64,000 nt of DNA from an uncultured Actinomycetes bacterium. GTDB taxonomy: Bacteria > Actinomycetota > Thermoleophilia > Solirubrobacterales > Solirubrobacteraceae. The stretch lies in the NCBI GenBank assembly GCA_963830085.1, contig CAWHLF010000013.1, positions 60,808 to 124,807 on the forward strand, in the 5' to 3' direction. Positions 36,640-45,659 of this stretch are shown in pieces. The stretch's first letter is position 1. Every line of letters starts with the position of its first letter. Both the position numbers and the translations under genes were made by a program. The notes beneath the pieces were generated by a model. It ran no database searches. It saw nothing but the letters and a program-made list of their open reading frames with translations, and was not told the DNA's origin.

Positions 36640-37586
36640 GTGCGTGCCGCCACGATCCGCGACGGCGAGGTCCTCGTCGAGGAGCACCCCGATCCGCAGC
36701 CGGGATCGGGCGAGGTGGCCGTCCGGGTGCGCGGCGCGGGGATCAACGGCGCCGACATGCTCCAGCGCCGCGGCCGCTACCCGGCGCCGCCCGGCAGCCC
36801 GGCCGACATCCCGGGCCTCGAGCTCGCCGGCGAGGTCTCGCGAGCTCGGCCCCGGCGCGCAGCGCTTCAAGGAGGGCGACCGCGTCATGGGCATCGCCGG
36901 CGGCGGTGGTCAGGCGGAGCTCGCGATCGTCCACGAGCGCCAGCTCATGCCGGTGCCCGACGGCGTCGGCATCGCCCACGCGGGCGGCCTGCCGGAGGTC
37001 TTCACGACGGCCCACGACGCGCTCTTCACCCAGGCGGGCCTGCGCCCCGGCGAGCGGCTGCTCGTCCACGGCGCCGCGGGCGGCGTCGGCACGGCGGCCG
37101 TCCAGCTCGGCCACGCGACCGGCGCGCACGTCACCGCGACGGTGCGCAACGCCGACCTGCGCGAGGCGGTCGGCAAGCTCGGCGCCGACGCGGTCCTGGA
37201 CCCGGAGGGGTTCGAGGAGGACGCGGAGCCGTTCGACGTCATCCTCGAGCTCGTCGGCGCCCCGAACCTCGGCGCGAACGTCAAGGCGCTGCGGATCGGC
37301 GGGCGGATCGTCGTCATCGGCATCGGGGCCGGCGCGAAGGGCGAGCTGAACCTCGCCGCGCTCATGGCCAAGCGCGGGCGGATCATGGCCTCGACCCTGC
37401 GCGCCCGGCCGCTGGAGCAGAAGGCGGCGACGGCCCGCGCGCTCGAGCGCGAGGTCCTGCCGCTCTTCGAGCGCAAGGCGCCTGCGCGTCCCGGTCGCCG
37501 AGACGTACCCGCTCGACGACGTCGCCGCCGCCTACGACCAGTTCGCGGCCGGCGGCAAGCTCGGCAAGATCATCCTCGTTCCGTAG
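36640..37586 (+). pseudogene. NADPH:quinone oxidoreductase (MDR/zeta-crystallin family), two frame disruptions (about 36838 and 37482)
   Basis: The sequence reads in three frames. First: VRAATIRDGEVLVEEHPDPQPGSGEVAVRVRGAGINGADMLQRRGRYPAPPGSPADIPGLELAGEV. Second: ELGPGAQRFKEGDRVMGIAGGGGQAE...LLVHGAAGGVGTAAVQL...LFERKA. Third: LRVPVAETYPLDDVAAAYDQFAAGGKLGKIILVP*. Confidence 0.85.
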
Positions 37587-38364
37587 CGCGGGCCTCGCCC
37601 GCCGGCGCCTGGGACAGCATCGCCCCGATCCGGTCGATGTTCGGCAGCAGGTAGCCCGCGGCGATGAGCGGCAGCGCCGGGATCGCGCGGTCGAGCACGA
37701 TGCTGAGCACGAGCGAGCCGATGAGGCCGAGCGTCAGGCCGATGATCGTCGCGGTCCGGCGGAAGCCGTAGTGCCACGCCCACGCGGCGAACATCGAGAG
37801 AAACAGCGCGTCGGAGAAGCCGAGGTGGCCGGCGCTGCCCTGATCGCCCCACGCCGGCATGTCGAAGCTCAGCGGGTCGGCGACCTCGGTCCCGTCGGCG
37901 AGCAGGCGCGACGACGGGCCGCTGGCGACCGACCAGACGTCGATCGCCGCGACGAACAGCGGCACCGCGATCGCGATGACCGGCGTCGCCAGCCAGCGCG
38001 CGAAGAGCAGCCCGATCGATCCGGCGACGAGCGCCTCGGCGACGTTCGCGCCGGCGCCGACGCCCGCCTCGCCGCCGGAGTTCAGCGCCGCCGCGAGCAG
38101 CCCCGCGCCGAACGCGACGAGCAGCGGGCCGTACAGCGTGCCCTCGGCCGGCGCGAGCGCGAGCGCGCTCGCCGCGAGCATGAGCAGCCCGACCCCGCCG
38201 GCGACGATCGTCGTCGTGTCGCCCGCGGCCAGCGCCGGGAGCGCCGGTGCGGCGAGGAAGTAGGCGAGCGCCACGAGCGGCGCGGCGATCGCGAGCGTCC
38301 CGGCACCGGGACGGCGCCGCCGGCGGCGGGGTGGCGTCAGTACGGCGGCAGGTCGGCGTACCAC
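37570..38364 (-). CDS. polytopic membrane protein with presenilin/signal-peptide-peptidase-like motifs (candidate A22 intramembrane aspartyl protease)
   Basis: This is the C-terminal 264 aa of track ORF 37570..40869; the GTG 38364 start is tentative. About 8-9 TM. Motif order: FVAAIDVWSV (compare YDxxSV), HLGFSDALFLSMF (compare GLGDFIFYS), AIPALPLI (PAL). Confidence 0.55.
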   Translation of the reverse strand: MVRRPAAVLTPPRRRRRRPGAGTLAIAAPLVALAYFLAAPALPALAAGDTTTIVAGGVGLLMLAASALALAPAEGTLYGPLLVAFGAGLLAAALNSGGEAGVGAGANVAEALVAGSIGLLFARWLATPVIAIAVPLFVAAIDVWSVASGPSSRLLADGTEVADPLSFDMPAWGDQGSAGHLGFSDALFLSMFAAWAWHYGFRRTATIIGLTLGLIGSLVLSIVLDRAIPALPLIAAGYLLPNIDRIGAMLSQAPAGEARATERG

Positions 38365-38942
38365 TCGCCGAGCACCCTGAAGGCCGACCAGAACGCGCGC
38401 TTGGCCGTCTCCTCGTCGAGCGCCTCGTCGATGTTCGGGACGAAGAGCGCCTCGATCGACGGCGTGAGGCGCTGCAGCTCGCCCGGCCGCGCGTGGACCT
38501 CGTGCGCGAGCGGCAGCCCGAGGTCGTTGAGGGTCGCGAGCGCCTCGTCGCCCATGACGACGACGATCTTCGGCTGGACGATCGCGAGCTCCTCGACGAG
38601 GCGGGCCACGCAGCCGGGGTCGGCGAGCGCGGTGTCGCTGACCGGGCACTTCACGCAGAGCGTCCCGTAGACGGCGAGCGGATCGATCGCCAGCCGCTTG
38701 AAGGCCTTCATGAGCGCCGCCCCGGCGCGGCCGTAGAACGCGACGCCTTCCTCGATCTCGGGCGCCGTCGGCGCGTGCTTGAGCAGCATGATGTCGGCCT
38801 GCGGGTGGCCGGAGCCCAGGACCGGCATGAGATGTCCGCGCGGGCAGTGCGGGCAGGCCTGCAGCTCGCGCGTGAAGGTGTTGAGCTCGCGGATGGCTCG
38901 CTCGAGGTACTTCTCGCGGATCTCGTCGTCGGTCGCAGGCAT
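38337..38942 (-). CDS. uracil-DNA glycosylase superfamily protein (family 4-like)
   Basis: 201 aa: CPHCPRG...PVLGSGHPQADIMLLKHAP...AFYGRAGAALMKAF...CVKCP...VVVMGDEA. Confidence 0.8.
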   Translation of the reverse strand: MPATDDEIREKYLERAIRELNTFTRELQACPHCPRGHLMPVLGSGHPQADIMLLKHAPTAPEIEEGVAFYGRAGAALMKAFKRLAIDPLAVYGTLCVKCPVSDTALADPGCVARLVEELAIVQPKIVVVMGDEALATLNDLGLPLAHEVHARPGELQRLTPSIEALFVPNIDEALDEETAKRAFWSAFRVLGEWYADLPPY

Positions 38943-38990
38943 GGCTGGCCGTGGTTTCGACGGTCCGGACGGGCCGACCCTGCGCGTGCA

Positions 38991-40913
38991 TCACGACTTG
39001 CGCGTCGCCCGTCGCACCCGCCGCTCGCGCCGCGCGGCCCGCGCCGCGGGGGGCGTCGCCTTCGTCTCGAGGAACTTCAGCGCCTGGACGTAGAGCAGCG
39101 AGGAGGGCTTCGTCGTGATCTCCGCGTCGCGCAGCGCCTCGAGGAACTCCTCGGGGCCGTCGAAGTCGGCCATCCGCACGCGCACCGAGCCGAGGCCCTG
39201 CGCGACGTGCGAGTCCGAGCCGGCGCCCGCGAGGATCCGGTACTTCGCGGCGAAGCGCTCGGCCTCCTCGTTGAAGGACCCGATCGCCACGCGCGGGTTG
39301 TAGACCTCCATCGCGTCGATGTCCTCGACGATCCCGAGCAGGTGCTCGTAGTCGGGCACCGCGTGCATGCGGTCGAACGGATGGGGCACGTAGACGAGGC
39401 CGCCCTGGCGCTTGATCTCGGCGACGGTCTCGGCGAGCGTCAGGCCGCGCGGGATCTTCTCCTCGATGAAGAGGCCGATGACCTCGCCCTGGTCGGCGGT
39501 CTTGACCTCCTCGGCGACGATGACCTTCACGCCGTACTCCGCGGCCTTCTCGCGCGCCTCGTGGGCGCCGGAGACCTCGTTGTGGTCGGTGACGGCGATC
39601 GCGCCCAGACCCTGCTCGCGCGCGGTCGCCAGCAGCACCTCGACCGGCGTCGCGCAGTCGTGCGAGTGGTCGGTGTGCATGTGCAGGTCGACGTCGATGC
39701 GCTTGCGCGTGCGGAGCTTCGCGGCGAGCTCGGGGTTGCCGGTCAGCGGGTGGCGGCGGGCGACGAGCGCGCCGTAGACCTCCTCGAGCTCGTCGGCGAC
39801 GCGGTCCCAGGACAGGCGCTCGCGCAGCGGCTCGGCAGCGGCTCGCAGGCGGTCGCGCAGCTCGGGGTCGGCGACGAGGCGGTCCAGCTGGGCGGCGAGC
39901 GTGTCGACGTCGCGCGGCTCGAAGTGCAGCCCGCGGGCGCCGTCGTCGAGCGCCTCCTCGTAGACGAGCAGCCGCGACGCCAGCGGGACGGCGCCGGCGT
40001 GCATCGCGCGCAGCAGGAGCGTCGGCGCGGGCGCGGCGCCGTCGGAGGCCGCGACGAGAACGTCGATCCGGGCGAGGGCGGCGCCCTCGGCAAGCTCGCC
40101 GGGGGCCACGTACGTCACGCGCTCCTCGACGTCGGCACGCAGCGGCGTGCTGCTCGAGGGGCCGCGCTCGGAGACGATCGTCGCCTCCCAGGCGGCGTCC
40201 GGGTCCAGGCGGCGCAGCGCGCGCAGGAAGAGCCGCAGCGCGGCGCGCTCCTCGACGTCGACGAACCCGATCCGGACGGGCCCGCCGGGCTCGTCGGCGC
40301 GGGGCGGCGGCGCGTCGGCGCCGGGCGGCAGGACGCGGTAGTCGGCCGGGAAGTAGCGCTGCATGAGCTCGCAGGTCGTCGCGAAGCTCGCGGTCCGCGC
40401 GTCGAGGCGCCCGAGGACGAGCTGGACGACCTTGCGGGCGACCTGCGTCGAGAGCAGGCGCTCGGTCGGCGCGTGGAACGTCCCGACGTTCAGCGCGCGC
40501 GAGTGGCGCAGCGCGGCGCTCGACGTCGACGGCGCGAACGGCTCGTGGACGTGGCAGATGTCCAGCGGGACGATCGTCAGGAGGTCCTCGATCGTCCGCG
40601 AGACGTCGACCGGCAGCGCCGGCACGCGCCCGCGCGCGCCGGGCAGGTCGGGCAGCGCGTCGCCGACGGCGAGGACGCGCGGCTCCCCGCCGGGCTCGGG
40701 CAGCAGCGCCGCCGGATCCTCCCGCGCGGCCCGCAGCGCGGCGCGCGTCTCGCGCACCGCCTCCTGCGAGCGCGACGGCGCGACGATGAGCACGCGATGT
40801 CCGCGCGACGCCAGCTCGGCGGTCACCCGCTCGACGTACGTCGTGATCTCGTGGCGTCCGGCGCCCCACGGGTAGGGCGTCACGTGGGCGATCGCGAGCG
40901 GCTCTGAGGTCAC
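38991..40913 (-). CDS. fusion protein: GT4-type glycosyltransferase (N) + PHP-family phosphoesterase (C)
   Basis: 640 aa, uninterrupted. N-terminal half is GT-B/GT4-like (IAHVTPYPWGAGRHEITTYV...HVHEPF...). C-terminal half is PHP (VDLHMHTDHSHDC...AIAVTDHNEVSGA...VYVPHPFD...AGSDSH). Confidence 0.8.
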   Translation of the reverse strand: MTSEPLAIAHVTPYPWGAGRHEITTYVERVTAELASRGHRVLIVAPSRSQEAVRETRAALRAAREDPAALLPEPGGEPRVLAVGDALPDLPGARGRVPALPVDVSRTIEDLLTIVPLDICHVHEPFAPSTSSAALRHSRALNVGTFHAPTERLLSTQVARKVVQLVLGRLDARTASFATTCELMQRYFPADYRVLPPGADAPPPRADEPGGPVRIGFVDVEERAALRLFLRALRRLDPDAAWEATIVSERGPSSSTPLRADVEERVTYVAPGELAEGAALARIDVLVAASDGAAPAPTLLLRAMHAGAVPLASRLLVYEEALDDGARGLHFEPRDVDTLAAQLDRLVADPELRDRLRAAAEPLRERLSWDRVADELEEVYGALVARRHPLTGNPELAAKLRTRKRIDVDLHMHTDHSHDCATPVEVLLATAREQGLGAIAVTDHNEVSGAHEAREKAAEYGVKVIVAEEVKTADQGEVIGLFIEEKIPRGLTLAETVAEIKRQGGLVYVPHPFDRMHAVPDYEHLLGIVEDIDAMEVYNPRVAIGSFNEEAERFAAKYRILAGAGSDSHVAQGLGSVRVRMADFDGPEEFLEALRDAEITTKPSSLLYVQALKFLETKATPPAARAARRERRVRRATRKS

Positions 40914-40933
40914 GCCCTGAGGATACGCAGGCG

Positions 40934-40969
40934 GCGCGGGCCCGCCGGGTCGCCCCGGCGGGCCCGCGC
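40934..40969 (-). terminator. perfect 16-bp GC hairpin downstream of the C25 peptidase gene
   Basis: GCGCGGGCCCGCCGGG (40934-40949), loop tcgc, CCCGGCGGGCCCGCGC (40954-40969). Confidence 0.6.
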
Positions 40970-40994
40970 CCGCGTCATCGCCTGCGCGCCGGCG

Positions 40995-43924
40995 CTAGAG
41001 CTGCACGACGAACGAGCAGGGGCCGCCCTGCGACGCCTGGAAGCCGGTCGCGCCCGCGTAGCTCGAGCGCGCGGTCCAGGTGCCGAGATCGAGCCGGTCC
41101 GACGTCGGCGCCGTCGTGGCCGTCCAGTTGCCCTGGGCGTCGGTGTTGACGACGACCGTCTCGGTCGGCGTCACCTGGTCGTTGCCGATCGTGCGCGTCG
41201 GCTTCGTGAACGTCACGCTGACCGCCGACCCCGCGGGCGCGCCCGCGAGGTTGCCGCTGATCGAGAACGTGCTCGGCGCGGTGGGGCTGAACGTCTGCGG
41301 CGACGGGCAGGACTGCGTCAGCGTCGTCGCCACGGGCCCGGGCGGCGGTGTCGTGCCGCCCTGGACGGGGATCTTCACGGGCGCCGCATCGCTGGCGTCG
41401 ATCGCGATCTCCAGCTCGCCGGGCGCCGGCGGGCCGTCGTTGAACTCCGCCTCGACCGACACCGAGCCGTCGCCGGCGATCGCCTTGCCGACCGGCTCGC
41501 CCCTGCGCAGCAGGGTGACCGGCTGGCCGGCGAGCCCGAGACCGCCCGGGAACGTCATCTCGACGAGGAACGGCGGCGGGTCGCCGGGCTTCGGGATCGG
41601 CTGCTCCTTGTAGACCGCCGTGAACACCGCGGGGTTGAAGACGATCGGCGCGGACCCGCCGCCGAACATCTGCATCGTCGGATCCCCGAAGTAGTGCCAG
41701 AGGTACAGCTCGTTGCGGGTGTTGCCGTCGCCGCCCGCGATCCCGGGCCCGGACGGCGGCGAGAGCCCGGCGAGCCGCAGCTTGCCGTGCACGAGCGCGT
41801 CGCCGACGCGCTGCTTCGTCGCCGGTCCCTCCCCGCCGAGCACGCTCGGCAGCATCGCGTCGACGAAGCCGAGCGCGATCTGCGAGTTGTGCCAGGACGG
41901 CGAGTTGCGGGTGTCGCCGAAGGCGCCGACCGCGCCGCCGGTGGGCTTCACGAGCGCGTTCTGGACGAACGACGTCTCGTCGGTGTCGTATTGCGCGCTC
42001 GCGCAGTTGATGCTCAGCACGACGGGCAGGTTGGCGTTGGAGTTCGCCAGCGCGTCGACCTCGGTCGTCGTGAAGAACGGGTCGCCCCAGCCGTCGGACC
42101 AGCCATGGTCGCGGTGGACGACCATGAACCGCCCCTGGTTCCACGCGGCGCTGACGTCGGCAGCGTCACCGTCCCAGGCGAACGCCGGCTTCTTCAGCGA
42201 CGCCGGCAGGTCGGTGCCGTCGTTGAACTTCAGCGGGTTCGTCGCCGGGTTGTCGTCGTAGATCCGGTCGACGGCGACCCCGCGCGGCGACGAGCCCGCT
42301 GCGGAGCGGTCTCGGCGAACTGGATGAACGTCCGGTCCTCGCGGCCGTCGTTGACCTCGCCGGCCTCGTCGGTGTCCTGGAACTGCGCCGCGATCATGGC
42401 CTTCGTCAGCATCGGCCCGGTCGGCGGCGTCGTCTCGTAGCCGATGATCTTCGCGAGCTGCGCGTCGATCTGGGCGACGTCGTTGCCGAGGATCCGGCCG
42501 ACGGCGACGTCGGGCAGCTCGTCGGTGTCGTTCTTCGTCGAGTACGGGTTGTCGGACGGGATCCCGGCGGGCCCGGTCGTGAACGTCGGGACGAGCTCGT
42601 CGTCGCCGATGACCGTCACGTAGCTCGGGCGGATGCAGAGCGGGTGGTTGAGGTGCGAGCGGATGAACGCCTGGATCGACGTCGCCGTCGAGCCGACCGC
42701 CGCGGTCCCGGTCTGGAACACGCGCGTGAGGTAGCCGGCGTTGCGCCGGGCCGTCGCGTACGTGTTCGCCGAGGCGAGCGTCGCCGGGTTCGTGATGACG
42801 AGCAGCTCCTCGCCGCACGGCTGGTAGACGATCGGCCGGTCGAGCTTGCGCACGACGCTCGCGTTGAGGAGGCCGCCCACGATCCGGTTCTGCGCTGCCT
42901 CCCACGGCGAGAGCGGGGCATCGCTGAACCCCTGGCCGCCGGGGAACGTCACCGCGATGTCGACCTGCGTCAGGACCTCGAGCTTGTCCGTCTTCGGGTT
43001 GTACTGCGCCGCCGGCACCTGGACCCCGGCGATGTTCATGTCGCGCGCCTGACCGAGCTTCTTGCCGAACGCGGGGGCGGCCGGGACGTTGCCGTCCTGC
43101 GCATAGGCGCCTTGGTTGACGGTGAACGGCGCGGCCGCGAACGGCGCCGCGCCGAAGTTCGGCTTCGGCGTGAGGCCCGGGGACTGGTCGACGCTGTCGG
43201 GCTGCACGGGGTAGACCTCGACGCCGTCGAGCGTGTAGGAGGTCGTCTTCGTCGCCTTGACGTCGAGCGTCGCGCCGTCGGGCACGGCGATGAGGCTCGA
43301 GGCGACCGGGATGCCGGGCGTGCCGGGCGCGCCCGGGGCGTCGGTGTTCGGCAGGACGAGCTTCGTCCACGTCTTGCCGCCGCCGGTCTCCGGGACGAAG
43401 CGCAGCTGCGGGAGCTGCACGCGGATGCTCATGCCGTTCTCGTCGCTGCGCAGGACCCTCGTCCTCGTGTCAGCGAGTGTGCTCGCGGCGACGCCCCCGC
43501 CGCAGGCCTTCGTGCGCCGGTCCGCGAGCAGCCGCCGGCTGGCGGTCATCGAGGACGTGCCGACCGCCGCGAGGCGCTTGCGCAGCGTGTCGCGCGCCTT
43601 GGCGCGCAGCGTCGAACGGACCTTCGTCGACTTCAGTGACCTGCGGTAGCTCGCGAGGTCGCGGACGGCGACGCACGGCCGTGCGCGCGCGGCGCCGCGC
43701 GCCTTGCGGGCGCGGCGCAGGAGCGTGCTGCGCTTCGCCGGCGAGATGCCGGTGCGGGGCAGCGCGGTCGTCTGGCGCACGAGCGCCGAGAGCGCCGACG
43801 CGGCGGTCGGCGTCTTCTTCTTCGGCGCTGCCGCGGGAGCGCTCGTGCCCCCGGCGACGAGCGCGGCGGACAGGAGCGTCGCGGCGGCGGCGATCGCCCA
43901 GCGGCCCCTCGAATTCGTGGACAT
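40995..43924 (-). pseudogene. large secreted peptidase C25 (gingipain-like, caspase-fold) protein, frame-disrupted around 42260-42310
   Basis: N-terminal part is track ORF 42230..43924. It has a signal peptide (MSTNSRGRWAIAAAATLLSAALVAGG) and an Arg/Lys-rich helical region. C-terminal part is track ORF 40995..43370. It has VVHRDHGWSDGWG (His) and VLSINCASAQYD (Cys), plus Ig-like C-terminal domains. Confidence 0.7.
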
Positions 43925-43957
43925 CCTCTTGCCTTCCCCTCGGTTTGCGGAATGTCA

Positions 43958-43985
43958 GCGGGGAGCGGCGCCGGCCGCTCCCCGC
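43958..43985 (-). terminator. perfect 12-bp hairpin 8 nt downstream of collagen-like gene A
   Basis: GCGGGGAGCGGC (43958-43969), loop gccg, GCCGCTCCCCGC (43974-43985). Confidence 0.55.
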
Positions 43986-43992
43986 GGGATTG

Positions 43993-44644
43993 TCATGCGT
44001 CGACGCAGATGACCCAGACCTCGGGCCTGATCCCGGCCGCGACCCCTCCGGCGAGGTTGACCACCGTGATGCGCCAGCCCGTGAAGCCCTGGCCGTCTGG
44101 CGGGCGGCTCGGTGTCGGCGCTGCTCTTGGCCGGTCGCGACGACGTCACCGACGTCTCCTCGGAGTTGACGTCGTCGCCGCGGGCGCCGCCGCCGATCGC
44201 CTGCTGGCCGGCCGGGCAGAAGACGTCGTACGACGCCTTGAGCCCATCGCCGAGGTCGGCGGCGGCCTGCTCGAACCGGACGGTGGCGGGACCGGTCGAG
44301 CCGGTGTCGCCCTCCGGTCCCTGAGGACCGGTCTCGCCGGTGGCGCCTGCGGCGCCCGTCGCGCCGGTGGCGCCGGTGGCGCCCGTCGTGCCGGTGGCGC
44401 CCCGCGGCACCTCCCCGGGAGCGAAATCGGACGCCAGCAGCGATCCGTCCTTGACCTTCGCCGCTGTCACGACATCGGCTCTGATGTCCGATGCTGCGAC
44501 GCCGTTGCGCTTGATCTGCGTCGTACCGACGCTGTTCTTCGGAAGGACGACCGCGGCGTAGCTCGTGCCGCCGAGCGCGATCGTCAACGCGAGGAACGAC
44601 GCGACATTTGCGAACGACAGATGCCGGCGAATCCGTTGCGCCAT
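43993..44644 (-). pseudogene. collagen-like (GXY) signal-anchored protein, paralog A, frame-disrupted near 44098
   Basis: ATG 44644 with GGAGGA upstream. Sequence: MAQRIRRHLSFANVASFLALTIALGGTSYAA...VKDGSLLASDFAPGEVPRG + GATGTTGATGATGATGAAGATGETGPQGPEGDTGSTGP + head CPAGQQAIGGG... After a 1-nt shift it continues DGQGFTGWRITVVNLAGGVAAGIRPEVWVICVDA*. Confidence 0.7.
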
Positions 44645-44900
44645 GAGCAAGTCCTCCAAGAGATGCGGGCGCGTTCGCCGCGCCCGGACGAGGCGGCCAG
44701 TCCCTGGCCGCTACGTGAAATTCTTCTCTGTGATCGCGCTACTGACAAGTGGCCACGTGCGAAAGAGGACGAATAGCCGGTGCAAGGCGACGCAGAGCCT
44801 GCGGATCGCCGAGGACGGGCGAGATTCTCATGCGCGGAGTTGCCTCGGGGTCGCCGGCGGGCGTAGTGTCGGCGATCCGACGTTTCTCCAAGGAGGGCAT

Positions 44901-45621
44901 ATGAAGCGAGCGCTTGGCAGGGGGCGGTACGCGAACGTGACGTCGACGATGGCGCTCCTCGTGGCGCTGGGCGGGACCGCGTACGCGGCGAACACGATCA
45001 GAAGCAGCGACATCGTCAACGGTCAGGTCAAGCGGGTCGACATCGCCAACAACGCGATCACGTCGGGGAAGGTGGCGGACGGGAAGCTGCTCGCCAAGGA
45101 CTTCAAGGCCGGCCAGTTGCCGGCCGGGCCGAGGGGCGATGCCGGTGCCGCGGGCGCGGGCGGTGCGCCCGGCGCCAAGGGAGACACGGGAGGCAAGGGA
45201 GACAAGGGCGACATCGGGGCGACCGGCCCGTTCCCCGACGGCGACATCCCGAGCGGAAAGACGATCCGCGGCAACTACATCATCGCCGAGAGGCAGGGCG
45301 TCACCGGCGAGTTCAAGTCGACCGCCGCGTCCTTCGGCTATCGACTGGCCGCAGCGCCGACCCCGCACTTCATCCCGGTCGGGCGGCGTCGCGCCCGCCG
45401 AGTGCCCCGGCACGGCGGCGAGCCCCGAGGCAGCAGCAGGGCACCTGTGCGTCTTCGAGGCGGTCACCGCCAATCAGGCTGGGGAGCCGAGTATCTTCGA
45501 TCCGTCGACCGGTGTAGGCGGCGCCAACCGCGTCGGGTTCGGCGTGTTCGTGGCTCGGCGGCGCGTCGACTGGTCGCTCAACGTCTTGACCTACGGAACC
45601 TGGGCCGTCACGAGCGGTTGA
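44901..45621 (+). pseudogene. collagen-like (GXY) signal-anchored protein, paralog B, frame-disrupted at the G-run 45381-45383
   Basis: ATG 44901 with AGGAGGG upstream. Sequence: MKRALGRGRYANVTSTMALLVALGGTAYAA...VADGKLLAKDFKAGQLPAG + PRGDAGAAGAGGAPGAKGDTGGKGDKGDIGATGP + head ...HFIPVG. After a 1-nt shift it continues GVAPAECPGTAASPEAAAGHLCVFEA...NVLTYGTWAVTSG*. Confidence 0.7.
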
Positions 45622-45628
45622 TCCATAG

Positions 45629-45653
45629 GGAGGCGCCGGGCGCGGGCGTCTCC
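45629..45653. terminator. hairpin between convergent genes (collagen-like B and fadD)
   Basis: GGAGGCGCC (45629-45637), loop gggcgcg, GGCGTCTCC (45645-45653). 9 bp including one G-U pair. Confidence 0.45.
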
Positions 45654-45659
45654 GCGGGC

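Noticed and set aside
38365-40869. Upstream 835 codons of the 1099-aa ORF 37570..40869
   Set aside because: This part is antisense or out of frame to the well-supported UDG and GT4-PHP genes, with Arg/Ala/Pro-rich low-complexity translation. Only the last 264 codons look like a real membrane protein.
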